Positions 1 through 14,000 of a stretch of 64,000 bases of DNA are shown in pieces. This DNA is from Acanthaster planci (lineage: Eukaryota): assembly GCF_001949145.1 (NCBI RefSeq), contig NW_019091360.1, forward strand, positions 3,887,816-3,951,815, read 5' to 3'. Each line of letters begins with the position of its first letter. The first letter of the stretch is position 1. The position numbers were made by a program, and so were the translations under genes. The notes under the pieces are model-generated. The model made no database searches and had not been told where the DNA came from. It saw nothing but the letters and a program-made list of their open reading frames with translations.

Positions 1-1908
1 CTTTTCCGAAGTAAAGGTATTTATAAGCTGGTAATGTGTGTATCTGTAGTGAATAAAATGTCATGGTATTCTAGCATTTTAGTGGGTACACTGTACCCAC
101 TTTTCTGGTAACATGCCGCTGACTTTGCCAAGAACGGTTAAAAAATCTTTGACTTAACACTTAACACTAGTAGAAGGTGGAGTTTGTTTCCCGCGAGTAG
201 ACTGTCCACATGTGTTGTCAAAACCGCTTTTGTTGAAAAATTTTCGAATACATTAAGTTAAATTCTGATACTATGACATTCATAATGCATGCTGTGGAAC
301 CTTTGTTAAGGATTTCAGTGTCATGAAATTTAGTCTGAGTGCATACATGCAGCTGTTCTAACCTATTGTTTGTTTACCGGTTGTAAAGATGTACCAGCCT
401 GCTTCCTGTAGGTTTAGATAGGGTTCTTTTCTGCAATTAAGTTGATTAATTGTTGGAGTTTATATCCGAATCCCGATCTGTTAGAAATAGTGATACAAAT
501 TGGCAGGTACATGTACATGTAAGTGGTAATTAATCTAGTCCTCACCCATTTTTGTAGATCTTTTTTCTCTGTGATCTGAAAGTGTTGACGTTAGTTGTTT
601 ATTTTCCAGATTTTACAATTCAGTTAATTGTTTTGTAGCTCTTACTACAAATACAATAACCAAAAAGAAGCATTCTTACAATACTTATAGTAATTATAGA
701 CCCCCCACCCCCTAAAAAAAAACAAACAAAAAACCTGAACAATGTCTGACTGGGTTTATCCTTGAGACATGTAATCAGATTTTCCAAGAAAGTGTCTATT
801 TTAAGTCTTTCTTTGTGGCGTATACGTGCAATAATGCCTGGAGAAACTGAAAGGTTTGTGACCTCTTTGACTTTGTCTTGAATTTTCCTCATGAATAGAA
901 GTTAATGATATGTCCTTTTGGATGAAACACGGGTGATTATGTTGTTTGTGCTTAGCTGATCAGGTTTAAAGTATCAGGTTTTCTTGCATAATGCACAGTT
1001 TATATATCAGGGTCACATGAGCTCAGTTTCCTGGTGATACTCACTAGGAAACTGAGCTCATGGTGATTGATGATTGATGATTTACAACTTGCTACTGCAA
1101 CATTTCCACAAGTCTGTCTGTGTAGGGATTACTGTACATTCCTTGTCAAGTTTTGGCTACTGGTGAATGGTCGTAAAGCATTTCCAATCACAGCTGAACA
1201 TGATGACATTGCAGGTAATAAGGTCACCCTGGGTTTAGCTCCCCAGGGAGATCTTTTTCACAGAAGAGCCATTGATTTTTTTTTCTCACAGCTTGTACAA
1301 AAGATTCCCCTGTCACATGGCCAGTCAAGCTGTTGCAAGGATGACCAGAAATCAATGGAATTCTGATACGGGCAAACTGACGGCATTGTGAACTGCACTG
1401 TCACTGTCCATCACACTTGTTGCTGGGTTGTTTGATGGCATCAGTTGGAAAGGTTTCACCCAGGGGGGTTAGAAAACCACTTCTGTTACTCGCTATTTAA
1501 CACAGATGGGAGCAAGCATGTTGGAAACAGTTCATGTAAACACCAGGCCTTGGAAAAACTTGTTGAGTAGATACAAGCCGAGGCAGCATAATTGTTGGAT
1601 GTGGTGGTTAACATTTGTGGAGCTAGACATGCCTCAGGAATCATGAGTCAAAATGAATTTGTCAAAGTTGGTGAGAGAAACCAGTTAAGGAATTGTTTGG
1701 GTGACTGTTTTCTCGCTTCCTGTGTTTTGGATGGCAGAAGCAAAGAAAAGATACCGCGTTTGGTGAGTCACAGGGCTAATTTTTTGGTCTTCTCTGATGT
1801 GTTTTTGATTGTACTGTAATGCATCGAGGAATCTTCTAAACCTTTGGATGAGTTTGATAGCAAGAAAATCACTTAAAAAATGATTTCTTTTTCTTTTTGT
1901 TTCTATAG

Positions 1909-2060
1909 CTTGCCAGTCCAATATCTCCAGTATGGACCCATGGTTGCGAGGGAGGCGGCGGTTGAATCTCCAACCACCAAAGAGGAGGCGCAACCTGTTA
2001 TTCCACAGAAGTTGTTTGCCATGGAAGGAGAGCCCACACAGCTACAGTGTCCAGTGGCAG
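1909..2060 (+). CDS. GEF gene exon 1, N-terminal half of Ig domain 1 (candidate ATG at 1940)
   Basis: Acceptor ttctatag, donor GCAG|gtaagt. Encodes [11 protein letters not shown]...[17 protein letters not shown]. Confidence 0.8.
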
Positions 2061-5000
2061 GTAAGTCAGAGTTTTATAGTTAAAGCGGATTTATATAAGG
2101 ACAATTTTATTTGACATATTGGCATACAACATCTTCATCTCTTCATATTTAGAATAACAATTGTTTGTATTTTTAAAAATTGGTAACCTGAAGAACACTG
2201 TTCAAAGCATTATGAACAGGACTGTGTCTTTGGAGCACTGGAACGTTATAGAAACAAAACCTAATGAAGAAAAGAACAATTACATCCACATATTCTAGCA
2301 GTGAGTAATTGTGTAGGCTGTCGTTTGTTTAATAAAGTTAAGCTGTATGTTGTTGGACTTTTTGTATAAAAGGCGCAAGGTAAGTGAACCATTGCTACCT
2401 GTTTTTTTTTTTTTTTGTCAACACTGATCAGACAATTAATTTTGTTTTTAATGACACTACACAAAATGTGTCGACTGGCTGAAAAAGAGTTCAAGAGTTT
2501 TCTCAGAAAGAATATGTTTATGCCAGTCAGACTGAAATATTCTGGTTATGTTGTGAACTTAGAGTCTAACCACGGTGATCATTTCCATGAAATTGGGGTC
2601 ATTTCCTGAAGTTTGTTAATTTTTGTTGTGATTAAGTTTGTGTTTGTTGTGGGGCAAATCATTGGAATACCAGGAGTTTATTGTTAATCTTACTCTGTGT
2701 AGGTTCAGCCAGCCAAGTCTAAATTTGCAAAGAGTTGACGTGCAATTTATTTGGCAATCCACTTTTTCGCTGTAAACAGTTGTGAACCAATTGGATTTGT
2801 TCCTCTACTTTTCATTTCAACTTTTACATACATGTTATCTGACACGGTAATTTAAAATACATTGAGAGTGGCCTTTGTTCGTGTGAGTGGAAGATCACAA
2901 AGGTGTCTAACCTGCTTCTGAAGTTGAACAATATTAGTAAGTCCATCTAATGCCAAGGGTGGCCCCCCCAATAAAAAAAAAGGCCCGCTAAAGAGGAATA
3001 GACAGGAACATTAGGAGGAAGTTAAGACTGGAAATTAATTATTGCCTTGCCATGCTGCAGCCTGAGTGCAAAGACCACATGCTGGGCATTCTCACCCACT
3101 AGATCTGCTGTTAATGATTAATGCCCGCTATCATTTGTAAAATTTACCTTGCAATGACACCCACAATGCAGTGTCAACAAAGAAGCCCTAGGTTCCCCTA
3201 AGGTCTGGTATGTGTTTGTGTATGATGATATGGGAAACCAGGTTCTGTGGAAGTGGGTTTTTTTGGAGAGGGATTGTACGGAATTACGGGGTGGGCCCAC
3301 AGGACTCTGATTCAGTTGTGCTGGATGAACTCACGTATGTAGGCAGACTTTTGGATTAGTTTTACCTGTAGATGTATGAGACTCGTTTCATCAGAGTAAG
3401 CGAATAATAACTTACTTTTTAAAAAAAACATTTGCATGCAGTGTTTAAATAGTAACAAAAATTCTTCAAGGTGGCATTGATTAACTTGAGAGGTTATGGA
3501 ATGCCGGCTTCATGACATCAATAACTGATCGTATTTAATCTGGAGATTATATTCTTAGAAAAATGGCACATCCAATTTTCCTCGCAACCTTGATTTGGTT
3601 TCCCCCATGTGCAGGTCATGAACGGTCATCTGTTACTTGGTACAAAGACAGGGAAGCCGTAGTTCCTAGTGATCTCAGAGTCATCAGCGAGAGTGGCGAT
3701 AGTCATCTTCTGACATTCCTGAAGACTCAGTTGGATGACGAGGGGGAGTACACGTGTTGCCTCACCGAGTCACCTCATACTTTACTCTGCTCCTGTGTCC
3801 TAATTGTCAAAGGTAAGTTTGTGATTGTTTTTTTGATCTACACGGAGGGAGTTAAGGTTGAGGTGTATTCTAACATGACCCTTTTAACGCATGGGTAGTC
3901 TTTGTTACTGTAGTGTTCTTCGTACACAATGTGGCATATTAGTCTCAGTGGTTTTGGATCAGAAGGTATGAAATATCTCAGATATCCAAGGCAACTTTCC
4001 ACTTGCAGAGAGCAGGGTAACTTTCAGATGGTGCAGCCATTTTTTTACTTCAGTATCGCAACTATCACGCTTTGAAAATGTTGGTATGGGTCAGTATGTA
4101 TAAGTCTGGGCATGGATGTGGCTACTGACTGACAGTTTTTAAAAAGGGCGAAGAAATGTTTGTTTTCTAGATGCCAGCAACTTTCTCAAGAGTCTCTCTG
4201 TTTTCCTGCGATGTTTATTGAGGCCTGTTCCCATGTTTTGTTTGCTACATGTACTGGGTAGCCTTGGCTGGATGGTTGGATGGCAAGAACTATAAATAAA
4301 TGACATGTAGAAAGTTTCCCTGATCTGATGTTTTCTCACCTCCCAACCTCTGCTTCCTCCACCCAATGAGATATAATTTATTTGTGTGTCTTCATCCTAC
4401 CAATATCTTTCTGAAAGGATATGAGTTTGATCACAATGCAGTGTTACATTGTGACTTTGTTTCAGTTGGTTTTCAACGTACTTCAATGTTGTTTTCTTGT
4501 TCAATGAGCCAGAAGACTTTTTTTTCTTTCCTAGTTTGCTTGTTAACATATGGTTTAAAGTGGTTAGTTAAATCACCAAAAATCTGTTAAGTTGATTAAT
4601 AGCTACTGGTACCCAGACTTGGATTAGGACGGTCTAGGATTAGACAGGAACAGATTTGTTAGATTGGTTATATCACAGAGGTTGTCAGTGTGATCAGCTA
4701 GTTCAGTTATCATTACTATAATATGAGTTAGGATTGTTCCGGATTAGGTTGGCATGGGTTTAATTGTGACATCATTTAAGTTTACAAATCTATTCATCAG
4801 CAGGTAGCATTTGTCATGACTTTGATTTGGGTTGGAGAGTAAAATCTTCCTTTTTTTGTGAGCTGTCCCGTGAAAGTTTTCTCATGGATAATACCATGAA
4901 AATTTGCTTTGATGAATTGAACCGTGAGTTTTCATGGTGAATAACATGTACGGGTATTCACATTGATTGATATTACTATTTATATCTGTGACTACAAACA

Positions 5001-8000
5001 CCAAGGATTTGGTTTCACAATAGCAGTTTGTGCATTCCAGATTTTTATGCAAATTGTGTAATATTACTGAGTCCCTGTTATACATCTCGTAGCTAACAAA
5101 CAACATCTGCAATTTTTTTGGTTGAATTTTCAAGGCCTTCCAAAGCTCAAAGTTTAAATCAATTAATTTTACCAGTTATTTGTGAGTGCAGTAGGGCATG
5201 TGATATTTCTCTGCTTACGAAGTAGATAAACAGACTTTGAAGAGCTCTTTAAAAATATTACTATCATCTTCTGATAAGATTGTGGTTCAAGTGTGAGTTG
5301 GGAAACCTCTGACTTATTACAGAATGGAATTGGTATGGAAATAGACTGTAGAATTTCCCTTGTTATTGAGTGATATCGNNNNNNNNNNNNNNNNNNNNNN
5401 NNNNNNNNNNNNNNNNNNNNNNNNNNNNNNNNNNNNNNNNNNNNNNNNNNNNNNNNNNNNNNNNNNNNNNNNNNNNNNNNNNNNNNNNNNNNNNNNNNNN
5501 NNNNNNNNNNNNNNNNNNNNNNNNNNNNNNNNNNNNNNNNNNNNNNNNNNNNNNNNNNNNNNNNNNNNNNNNNNNNNNNNNNNNNNNNNNNNNNNNNNNN
5601 NNNNNNNNNNNNNNNNNNNNNNNNNNNNNNNNNNNNNNNNNNNNNNNNNNNNNNNNNNNNNNNNNNNNNNNNNNNNNNNNNNNNNNNNNNNNNNNNNNNN
5701 NNNNNNNNNNNNNNNNNNNNNNNNNNNNNNNNNNNNNNNNNNNNNNNNNNNNNNNNNNNNNNNNNNNNNNNNNNNNNNNNNNNNNNNNNNNNNNNNNNNN
5801 NNNNNNNNNNNNNNNNNNNNNNNNNNNNNNNNNNNNNNNNNNNNNNNNNNNNNNNNNNNNNNNNNNNNNNNNNNNNNNNNNNNNNNNNNNNNNNNNNNNN
5901 NNNNNNNNNNNNNNNNNNNNNNNNNNNNNNNNNNNNNNNNNNNNNNNNNNNNNNNNNNNNNNNNNNNNNNNNNNNNNNNNNNNNNNNNNNNNNNNNNNNN
6001 NNNNNNNNNNNNNNNNNNNNNNNNNNNNNNNNNNNNNNNNNNNNNNNNNNNNNNNNNNNNNNNNNNNNNNNNNNNNNNNNNNNNNNNNNNNNNNNNNNNN
6101 NNNNNNNNNNNNNNNNNNNNNNNNNNNNNNNNNNNNNNNNNNNNNNNNNNNNNNNNNNNNNNNNNNNNNNNNNNNNNNNNNNNNNNNNNNNNNNNNNNNN
6201 NNNNNNNNNNNNNNNNNNNNNNNNNNNNNNNNNNNNNNNNNNNNNNNNNNNNNNNNNNNNNNNNNNNNNNNNNNNNNNNNNNNNNNNNNNNNNNNNNNNN
6301 NNNNNNNNNNNNNNNNNNNNNNNNNNNNNAAGCATCAAATGTAACAGTCTGTAAGCCCCCCCCCTTCAAGTTGCTTTTAGCCACAAATAGAATGTCAGGG
6401 TTTAGGAGCAGAAAGTTTCACGAAGTGTTTCTGAATGGCAGGCTGAAAGTGACACACACTTAGACAATCTGTGTCAGGAACATAGTCATCAACATCCTTA
6501 TTCACTTTGCACAAAGGTTGTGAGCTTAGAGATCACATAATCAACACTTTACGAATTACACCTCCCCTTTCGAAGAGGATGTTTGTCTATTGAACAGGAT
6601 ACATGTACATGGTATGAGTAATGTCCAGCGACATTTTCCAACCTAGGCCTTTCTTATTGTTTCTGTTTATTCCAAGCAGTGACTAAATAAAATGGAGATG
6701 AGAAAGATGGTAGACATTAGCCTAATACTTATACCATGATAGTTATTTCTATAAAGTTTCACAAGGTTTGTAAATTTTGTGGAATGCATTTGCTGTTACC
6801 ATTTGTTCACAGTTTTCACGAAGAGACAATTTTCTCATCGGATTGCAAAACATAGGTTTAGAGAAAATCGAATTTTAAGTTTGTCTCTTCTTCAAACGCT
6901 TAATTTCCTAGAATTTTCACCAATGCTACTCCATGAAAGAGGGGATGTTACATGACACAAAACTAATATTTCTAGAACTTAATTAATGTCATTTATTTTG
7001 TAAACAAACAAGATTGTCTGTTTGTGAAATGCCAAAAATCTTGTGACTTTTGGTTTCGTCAAAGTGAAAACGGCACACACAATACACGCTTTTGCCACAT
7101 TGTGCAACATTGTTTTTGTATAAATTTCTGGAGTCAAATTGTCTCTTCATGAAAACTACAAAACCAGTTTTGCCCACGGTTTTGATCTTTTTGCCAACGT
7201 TATATCTATGGAAGACAACATAGTCTCTTCGTGAAAACCTAAACTGCAGTATAGTTAAATATTACCTCACAGGGAGCACCGTGATTTGGGTGATTTCAGT
7301 AGATTTGGTAAAAAACGATTACATCCAGTTGTAAGCATTACCTAGCCTAGTTGATTTTGCCAAAAAAACCAGAAACCTGAAAAAAAATCATGACTTGGGG
7401 TCAAATTGTCTCTTCGTGAAAACTGTGACAATTGGTTGCTATATACTTACATAAACTGGATCAGGTTTATTGAAGCAAAATTAGGAATTTTACAATGTGC
7501 CAAGTAGATCATGGCTATCAAATTATGAACACGCATGTACCACTTTACTTTTAGTAGTTCTCAGAGTCATCATCCCAAATTTCTGTCAGTAAAATTGGAT
7601 TTGTATTGATACCTGAGTAACCATGGTTGAAGTCAAGTACATGTGCGACACCAAGAATTAATGCTAAGCCTACAACCCAAGAGGTTTGTGTAGCTAGGAA
7701 ATGAAATGGGTTAAGTTTGCAACAAATGCATGGTGAAAACTTTGTTGGTCTGTACATGTACCCGCTTTGGGGGTTTTCTCTCCAGTCATTTTAACTGAAC
7801 TCCAAGCCAAAATCTGTAAGCTAAGCCTTAACCCAGGGACACTGAGACATCAAAGGCAATTGCCTCAATGCCCATTCCAATGTCCAAGTAGACAAAGTTG
7901 ATTTTCTTATAAAAGTGCCATTTGCAAGTGAGAATGGCCTTGCCGTTTAAGAACGATGTTCCTGCCGTGCTTAGCCTGTATGGGAATGTCCTTTTCACTA

Positions 8001-11000
8001 CTGTTAAGACTTTCCACACCACATCTGCTAATATCAAAATACATGTACCTGCTCAAAGTATGACGGAGAGATTGGATGTAACAAATACCATCTCATCTTG
8101 GTACTTCCTTCTCACACATAAATGAAACCATTATGAAAATGACATCATGAAATACTTATCGGAGCACTTCTTACTCTGACAGCAAATTGGGGTGTTTGTT
8201 TGGTTCCACACTACGGTGAATATGATCCAGCCTTTACACAGAGGATTTCCAACTTTGTATTCAGCATCTGTCTGCTAAGCATCTTCAGTCGTGTCAAGAC
8301 ACCGTATCAATAGCATTTCTTCTCTCACCAAGCAAAACATTAATGTAAACTCGTATGTGGAGTTGTGATACAACTGCTTGTAAGAGTTCCACTCCTCGGT
8401 CCCTGAAAGTCTGGTTCATTACAAAGTAGATGATGACATTGATGAAACTGTTAGCAACAAGGAGCCAGTGAGACAGAAACATGAAAAGGCTTGGGACCAA
8501 CACAGCTTCCAACACGCGCACCAGGGTAGTGATGATGGCGTACTGGTTGAAACAAGTGCAGCCGGCAACCGCCGTGCTTGTTGTCATACGGAACAGTTTG
8601 GCTGTGTGTTTGGACCTTTTGCCTGATGCATGCCTTCTCATTTCAGAATTCTCTCCCATTGAGTGCGAATTGACTATTGCTGATGGTCTGATCAGGAGCA
8701 CTTGTTGGCATTTTCTTTTGATGAGTGACTTACAAACTTTCGCTGAAGTAACAATTACTGTTAGCATGTATGGAAGGTCTAAACTAAAGAAAACAATGGC
8801 AGTATAGGCCATGCTCTTGTTGTAGTGTAGCATGCAGTAATATGTCTCGGGAACATACTCAAATCCAACGAAATTTTCCACAAAAGCTGGGAGAGAGAGC
8901 AAGACACCCGTTACCCAGCTGATGAGGATGGTGATCAGAGCAGCTTTCTTGGTAAGAAGACGGCAGTATTTCAGGGGATGCACTATAGCAATGTATCTCT
9001 CGAGGCTCAGGGAAGCCAACATCATTGCGGATACAGTGAAGAAGATGTGGCTGGAGAAAGCCATGACGAGGCATACTGTGCAACTGTGAGGCCATCCGCT
9101 GTGCCGGATGGCAGGGTAGATGGACAAAGACGGTGACACACCGAGGCCCAAGTCTGCACAAGTCAGGGATGTCAGTAGGTAGCCATGGGGGCTCCGAAGA
9201 GACTTTGTCAGGACAATTACAAACTGTATGATCAAATTCAGTCCATTACCGATCAGAATGAGGAGTATAAGCGTAACAATAACGGCCACTTGTACATGGC
9301 GCAGTATTCCATTGCAGAGTCTGTTTTCACCTGAACCTCTTTCCCATTTATCTTTATTGCAAGTCTCATTGGAGTATGCCGAATCCATTATCAACCTCTG
9401 TAAGACATGAACCCAACTGTTCCATTACAGAAATCTGCTAAAAGTCCAACGGTTTCCAAGCACGACATTGTAAACAGTCCATCTTCACTCAAGAACTCTC
9501 AAGTTGCTGTTGCACTGTCGTACATTACAAGCATTGCCATTTCTTGCAAGGTTTTTGTAATCTGGTCTGCTTGGAGGTCCGTCTATCATCTGATTAAAAA
9601 TGTCCGATGCATGACAAAGTCAACAACAAAACAGTTTTAATTAAAAATACGCTTCCCTTGGTTTTGCATGCATCCCATTTCAGTCCTGAACATATCACGG
9701 TCATTCTGTCAATAACATATGACCTAGGCTGGATGCTTCATGACTGTAATTTTATCATAGCCAAAAGGTTGAACCCTTCTAACTTAATTAATTTTTCTCC
9801 TCTTCGCAAACCCTGTAGATTCATCAAGTAGTGGGAATTGATCAGGGGAAACTGTTTGCAGCAGTACATTTTTATTAATTACTTTTGATGATGGTTGATT
9901 GTGTTCAGAGTGATTTTCCCTTTGAATTTCTACTTTATCTTCATTGATGTCCATCTGTTTTTGTTCCAAGTCAATCATAATTTCTAGTGTAATAATCAAG
10001 CATTCAAAACAATATATACTATCACTTCTGTGGAACCTGTTGGTTAAAATGTCAGATGAAATATTATACTTTAAATAATGTTGTAAGTCTACCAGGATGC
10101 CAGTAGTTTTAATGATAAATCTTTAAATTAATCTGAGTGAGAAACTTTGTTATGAATATGACTGCAAAGATTGTATGGATATTGTATTACTGTCTTCTGG
10201 TCATTGTTATTTTACCTCACCTTGGTATCACGACCTTGCATGAAGACTTTCTGTCTGGTTGCTGTGCGATACCTAATATCTTAACCAAGAGGTCTATTTG
10301 CATTGAATTGCACCCATTTGCTCAAGGTACATAAATAGGTTGAATCAATAGGAGTGGGTGGCTATCTCAGTGATTGCAGTACATGCATGTTTCGTGGTGA
10401 AAAGTTACAGGTTTGAAGGAGTCCACCCGGCAGTTAATGTGACAAGGTTTTTTACATGCTTTGTGGTTCACTGTGTTTTTATTTTATAATGGACAGGGAT
10501 AGTGTATTTGAAATTTTTCTACAGCCGTATGTTTCATATTCCAAAAATGCTAAGGAGACAATGGATCATTTAAAATGAAAGATTTCTGATGAATGAAAGC
10601 TACATGTAGACTGACCAGAGAACTTTGGAGCAGTTTTTACATACGACGAACACACATCACCTGGAATGAAACTGATGCTCTTTTTTTCTTCTTTCTTTGT
10701 TAGAAGCAGAGTCTAAAGCAGCTGACACAGACACATCAACCAGTTCAACCCCTGTACCCTCAGCTGCATCAGGTAATGTTAGGTCATCTTCCATTGAGAA
10801 GGAGACAAGACCTCCCGATCTGAACCAGGCAAAGGTTGTACACACAGATAGCCTAGAGGTTATCAACCCCCTGCGATTCAGCCCCACTGTGGATGACATT
10901 GATGGTAGGAATGGTGGGAGCAGAAGTCTACATGGGGTGGGTCACTCTGAAACTGGAAACTCTAGACATGGCACCGGTGAAGGCCCACCCATAAAATGGA

Positions 11001-14000
11001 GAGAGAAGCTGCCCTATGCCTCACCGAGAAAACACAAGGAGAGCCGAAAGAACCGTAAGAGCAGTCGTGGTAGCAAGCATGGCGCTGAATCCAGCCAACA
11101 TCGTACTCACTCAAGGTATGACTCGTCCGATTCCGATTCCTCAAGCGATAGCTTAGGGAGGTCTTGGAAGGAGAAGACGCCAGTCCGCAAGAGTAAACCT
11201 CAGAAGAAGCTGAGAGACTCTTTCTCCTCAGACAAAGAGTTTGACACTGACCTGGAGAGAATTATGGCACTGTCAGATAAGGCCGACGCATGCTTGAACA
11301 TTGTCAACTCTGTCTTAGAGATGTCTTTGGACAAGGAAGTTGACGAAGCTCTCCAGGAACAAATCCAAGCCCTGCAGCCTGGTCTACCGGAATCTGAAGG
11401 AAATGTGCATCAACCAGACAGCACTGCTGATGTTATCGTAGAGAGCGATACAGACGTTCATTTTATCAAACAGATGGCTGTGCAGACGGTAGTTAATGCT
11501 ATTGCAGAAAAAATGATGCGGGAAGCTAACAATCAAACAGTTGAGCCCAAGTATGATAATGACTTACCACTAGCAAATGGTTTTGCAGCGGCTCATCGGA
11601 CAAACAAAGAACCCTCAGAAGGAGACTTTAAGCCTCCTTCCAAAGAAGACGCACAAGCTTTGGCAGAGATTAATTTGGAGGACATACCTCCTGTCCGTTA
11701 TACAACAACTGCAGAAGTAGAAGAATCCAACCCATATGTTGAAAAGGAAGCCGACAGGAGGGGGTTGAAACTGGATGTTAATATCCCTCCTGAACCCGCA
11801 CAGCTTTTGTCACCTCGGACTTCGTTGTTTCGTGGCCCGGAAGACAAAATCTTTACCCTGGATGAAATCATCGATGCTCTCCCAGAATCTGCTGTGGATG
11901 AGAACCTTCACCAGAGCCAAGGTTCTGCCTCCCCTGTTGACAAAACACAGAAATTTACATTTCTAGGGAGCTACCGCCAAGCAGAGCCTAACTTTATTGA
12001 CGGGTCTGAGCTGACAGACTCTCCCTTCCAAGATTCACCCGCTGAAGAGTCACCTCCTGTGGTACTGACTCGACTCAAAGACATCTTCATCCTGGAAGGA
12101 GACGCCATGAGACTGGAAGTCCAAGTACAAGGTTTCCCAGTTCCTGAGGTGACTTGGTACAAGGATGGCACTGAGCTGCATCCCTGCAAAAATCTTCAAC
12201 TGAAGTTTGATGGAGACGACACCTGGGCTCTGATCATAAGGAATATATTGGCTCGTGAGGGTGGAGTGTACACATGTACTGCTAGGAATAAGCTGGGATC
12301 AACATCAACCAGTGCAGTCATTAATGTGGCAGGTGAGTAGTCATCAGTATTCTAGTTGAGTCGTCATGTTCAGTCTTAAGCCAAGATGTAAGCTATTCAA
12401 ATTAATGGTAACAAAGTATTCCTTTGTTATTGTTTGCTCCTTGATGGATGACTGGTCTTGTGAAAAAAAACTTACGATAGACTCCACTACAATGCTGGTC
12501 TTTAAACTTATTATTAATCTCTGCAAATGTCTCACAATGGCAAGAAAAAGTCTCAATTTTATCATGACAGGTACATGTAATTCAATTTTTTTGACCAAGA
12601 TAAACATACATATAAATTGCACAGTACTATAGATTTACAGCTTTCTCTTTTTGTCTGATAATAAAACCCACGTTATCTTATTTCTAGGTGGCACATATAT
12701 GTAAGATCACTTTAATTGGCTTTAGCATTTAGTATGTTGGCAGTACATGTAAGTCCTGTATAATCAACCTTATCCTGCTCAGGTTATAAAATGTAACTTA
12801 CATGTACATGTATGTAGAAGTAACATTTATTCCCACCTTGCAGCAATAACAGCTGAAGTAGAGATAGAAATATGAAATGAAACCCAGATGAAATGGCACA
12901 GCTTTTCACAGGTGTACCAAAGTACTTTGACAAAAAGACAGTTTCCAAAATGTGGTACTGTTTAATTACCTTTGCATTTGTGTCAATATTTGTTGAGGTT
13001 AGAATGGTACTCCTTATGTTACAAGTGATTGTTAAGGAAAAACTGTGGTCTTCATTCTGTTGCAGGGCTAGCAGATGGCCCAAATGTTACAGATAAACGT
13101 AAAAAACAAAGTCTTCACGGGGGAAATCCCTTCAGCCCCACAGCCTCAATGTCATCTTCATCAGCCCATGATGATGACGTCTTTGTCACCAAGGCTAATG
13201 TCAGGCACAACCTGCCAAAGATTCTTCTCAGTGTAGATGATAGTGCCACTGATGACATCACTTTAGGTGACAGCGGGGATGAGGACTTACAGGAACTTAC
13301 AACTCACTTGACTGAAAGCATCCACTTGGACAGAAACTCCAATTGGGCCGACAACTCGTCGCCAGACATCAGCAGGTCAAATTCCAACAACTCTGACAAA
13401 GGCACGCCTTTCCGTCTAAACAAACGTAACCGTCCAGACAGTAATATAGAGAGTATTCGCCATCGGAAAGCTTTCAGGAAGCATCCTAGCAGGGATAGCA
13501 TGACATCGACTGAGCCGTGTTCGACAGGTAATTCAACATCTGAGAGCGATACGGAAGGTGCTCCTAAATTTGTTCAACCCGTGACGACGAGGGAAATTCT
13601 TGAAGGACAATCTGTGAAATTGAATGTGTGTGTGACCGGTGACCCTGAGCCCAGTGTCCGATGGTTCCATGATGGATCAGAACTCAAGAGCACAGGCCGC
13701 ATCAAATGTTCCCAAGGTACACATAGCCGTAATGGTTGTATATGGAGGCTGGAAATCTCTAATGTCAGGACTAGTGATGATGGAAGATATGTCTGCAAGG
13801 CAGAAAACAGCATTGGTGTCAAGAGCTGTGGTGCTTTTCTGATTGTAGAGGGTAAGAAATCTCAAAAAGAGTTTGGCAATTTCTTTAATAGTGGCTTTAG
13901 AATCTTTGAACCACCAGACGTGCAACATTTCCTCAGATGAAGTAATTTCCTGGATTTTTAACTTTTACAAATTGAAAACAAGTGTACAAAGTATTTTGTG

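Noticed and set aside
81..101. Short palindrome agtgggtaca-c-tgtacccact
   Set aside because: Too short and at the window edge, possibly part of a truncated repeat. Cannot be assigned.
1592..1819. ORF with a donor-like TTG|gtgagt at about 1762 as an upstream coding exon
   Set aside because: A phase-0 splice into 1909 hits a stop and does not match the Ig frame. At most a 5' UTR exon.
5169..6463. Four long ORFs of 324-389 aa
   Set aside because: Artefacts of the N gap.
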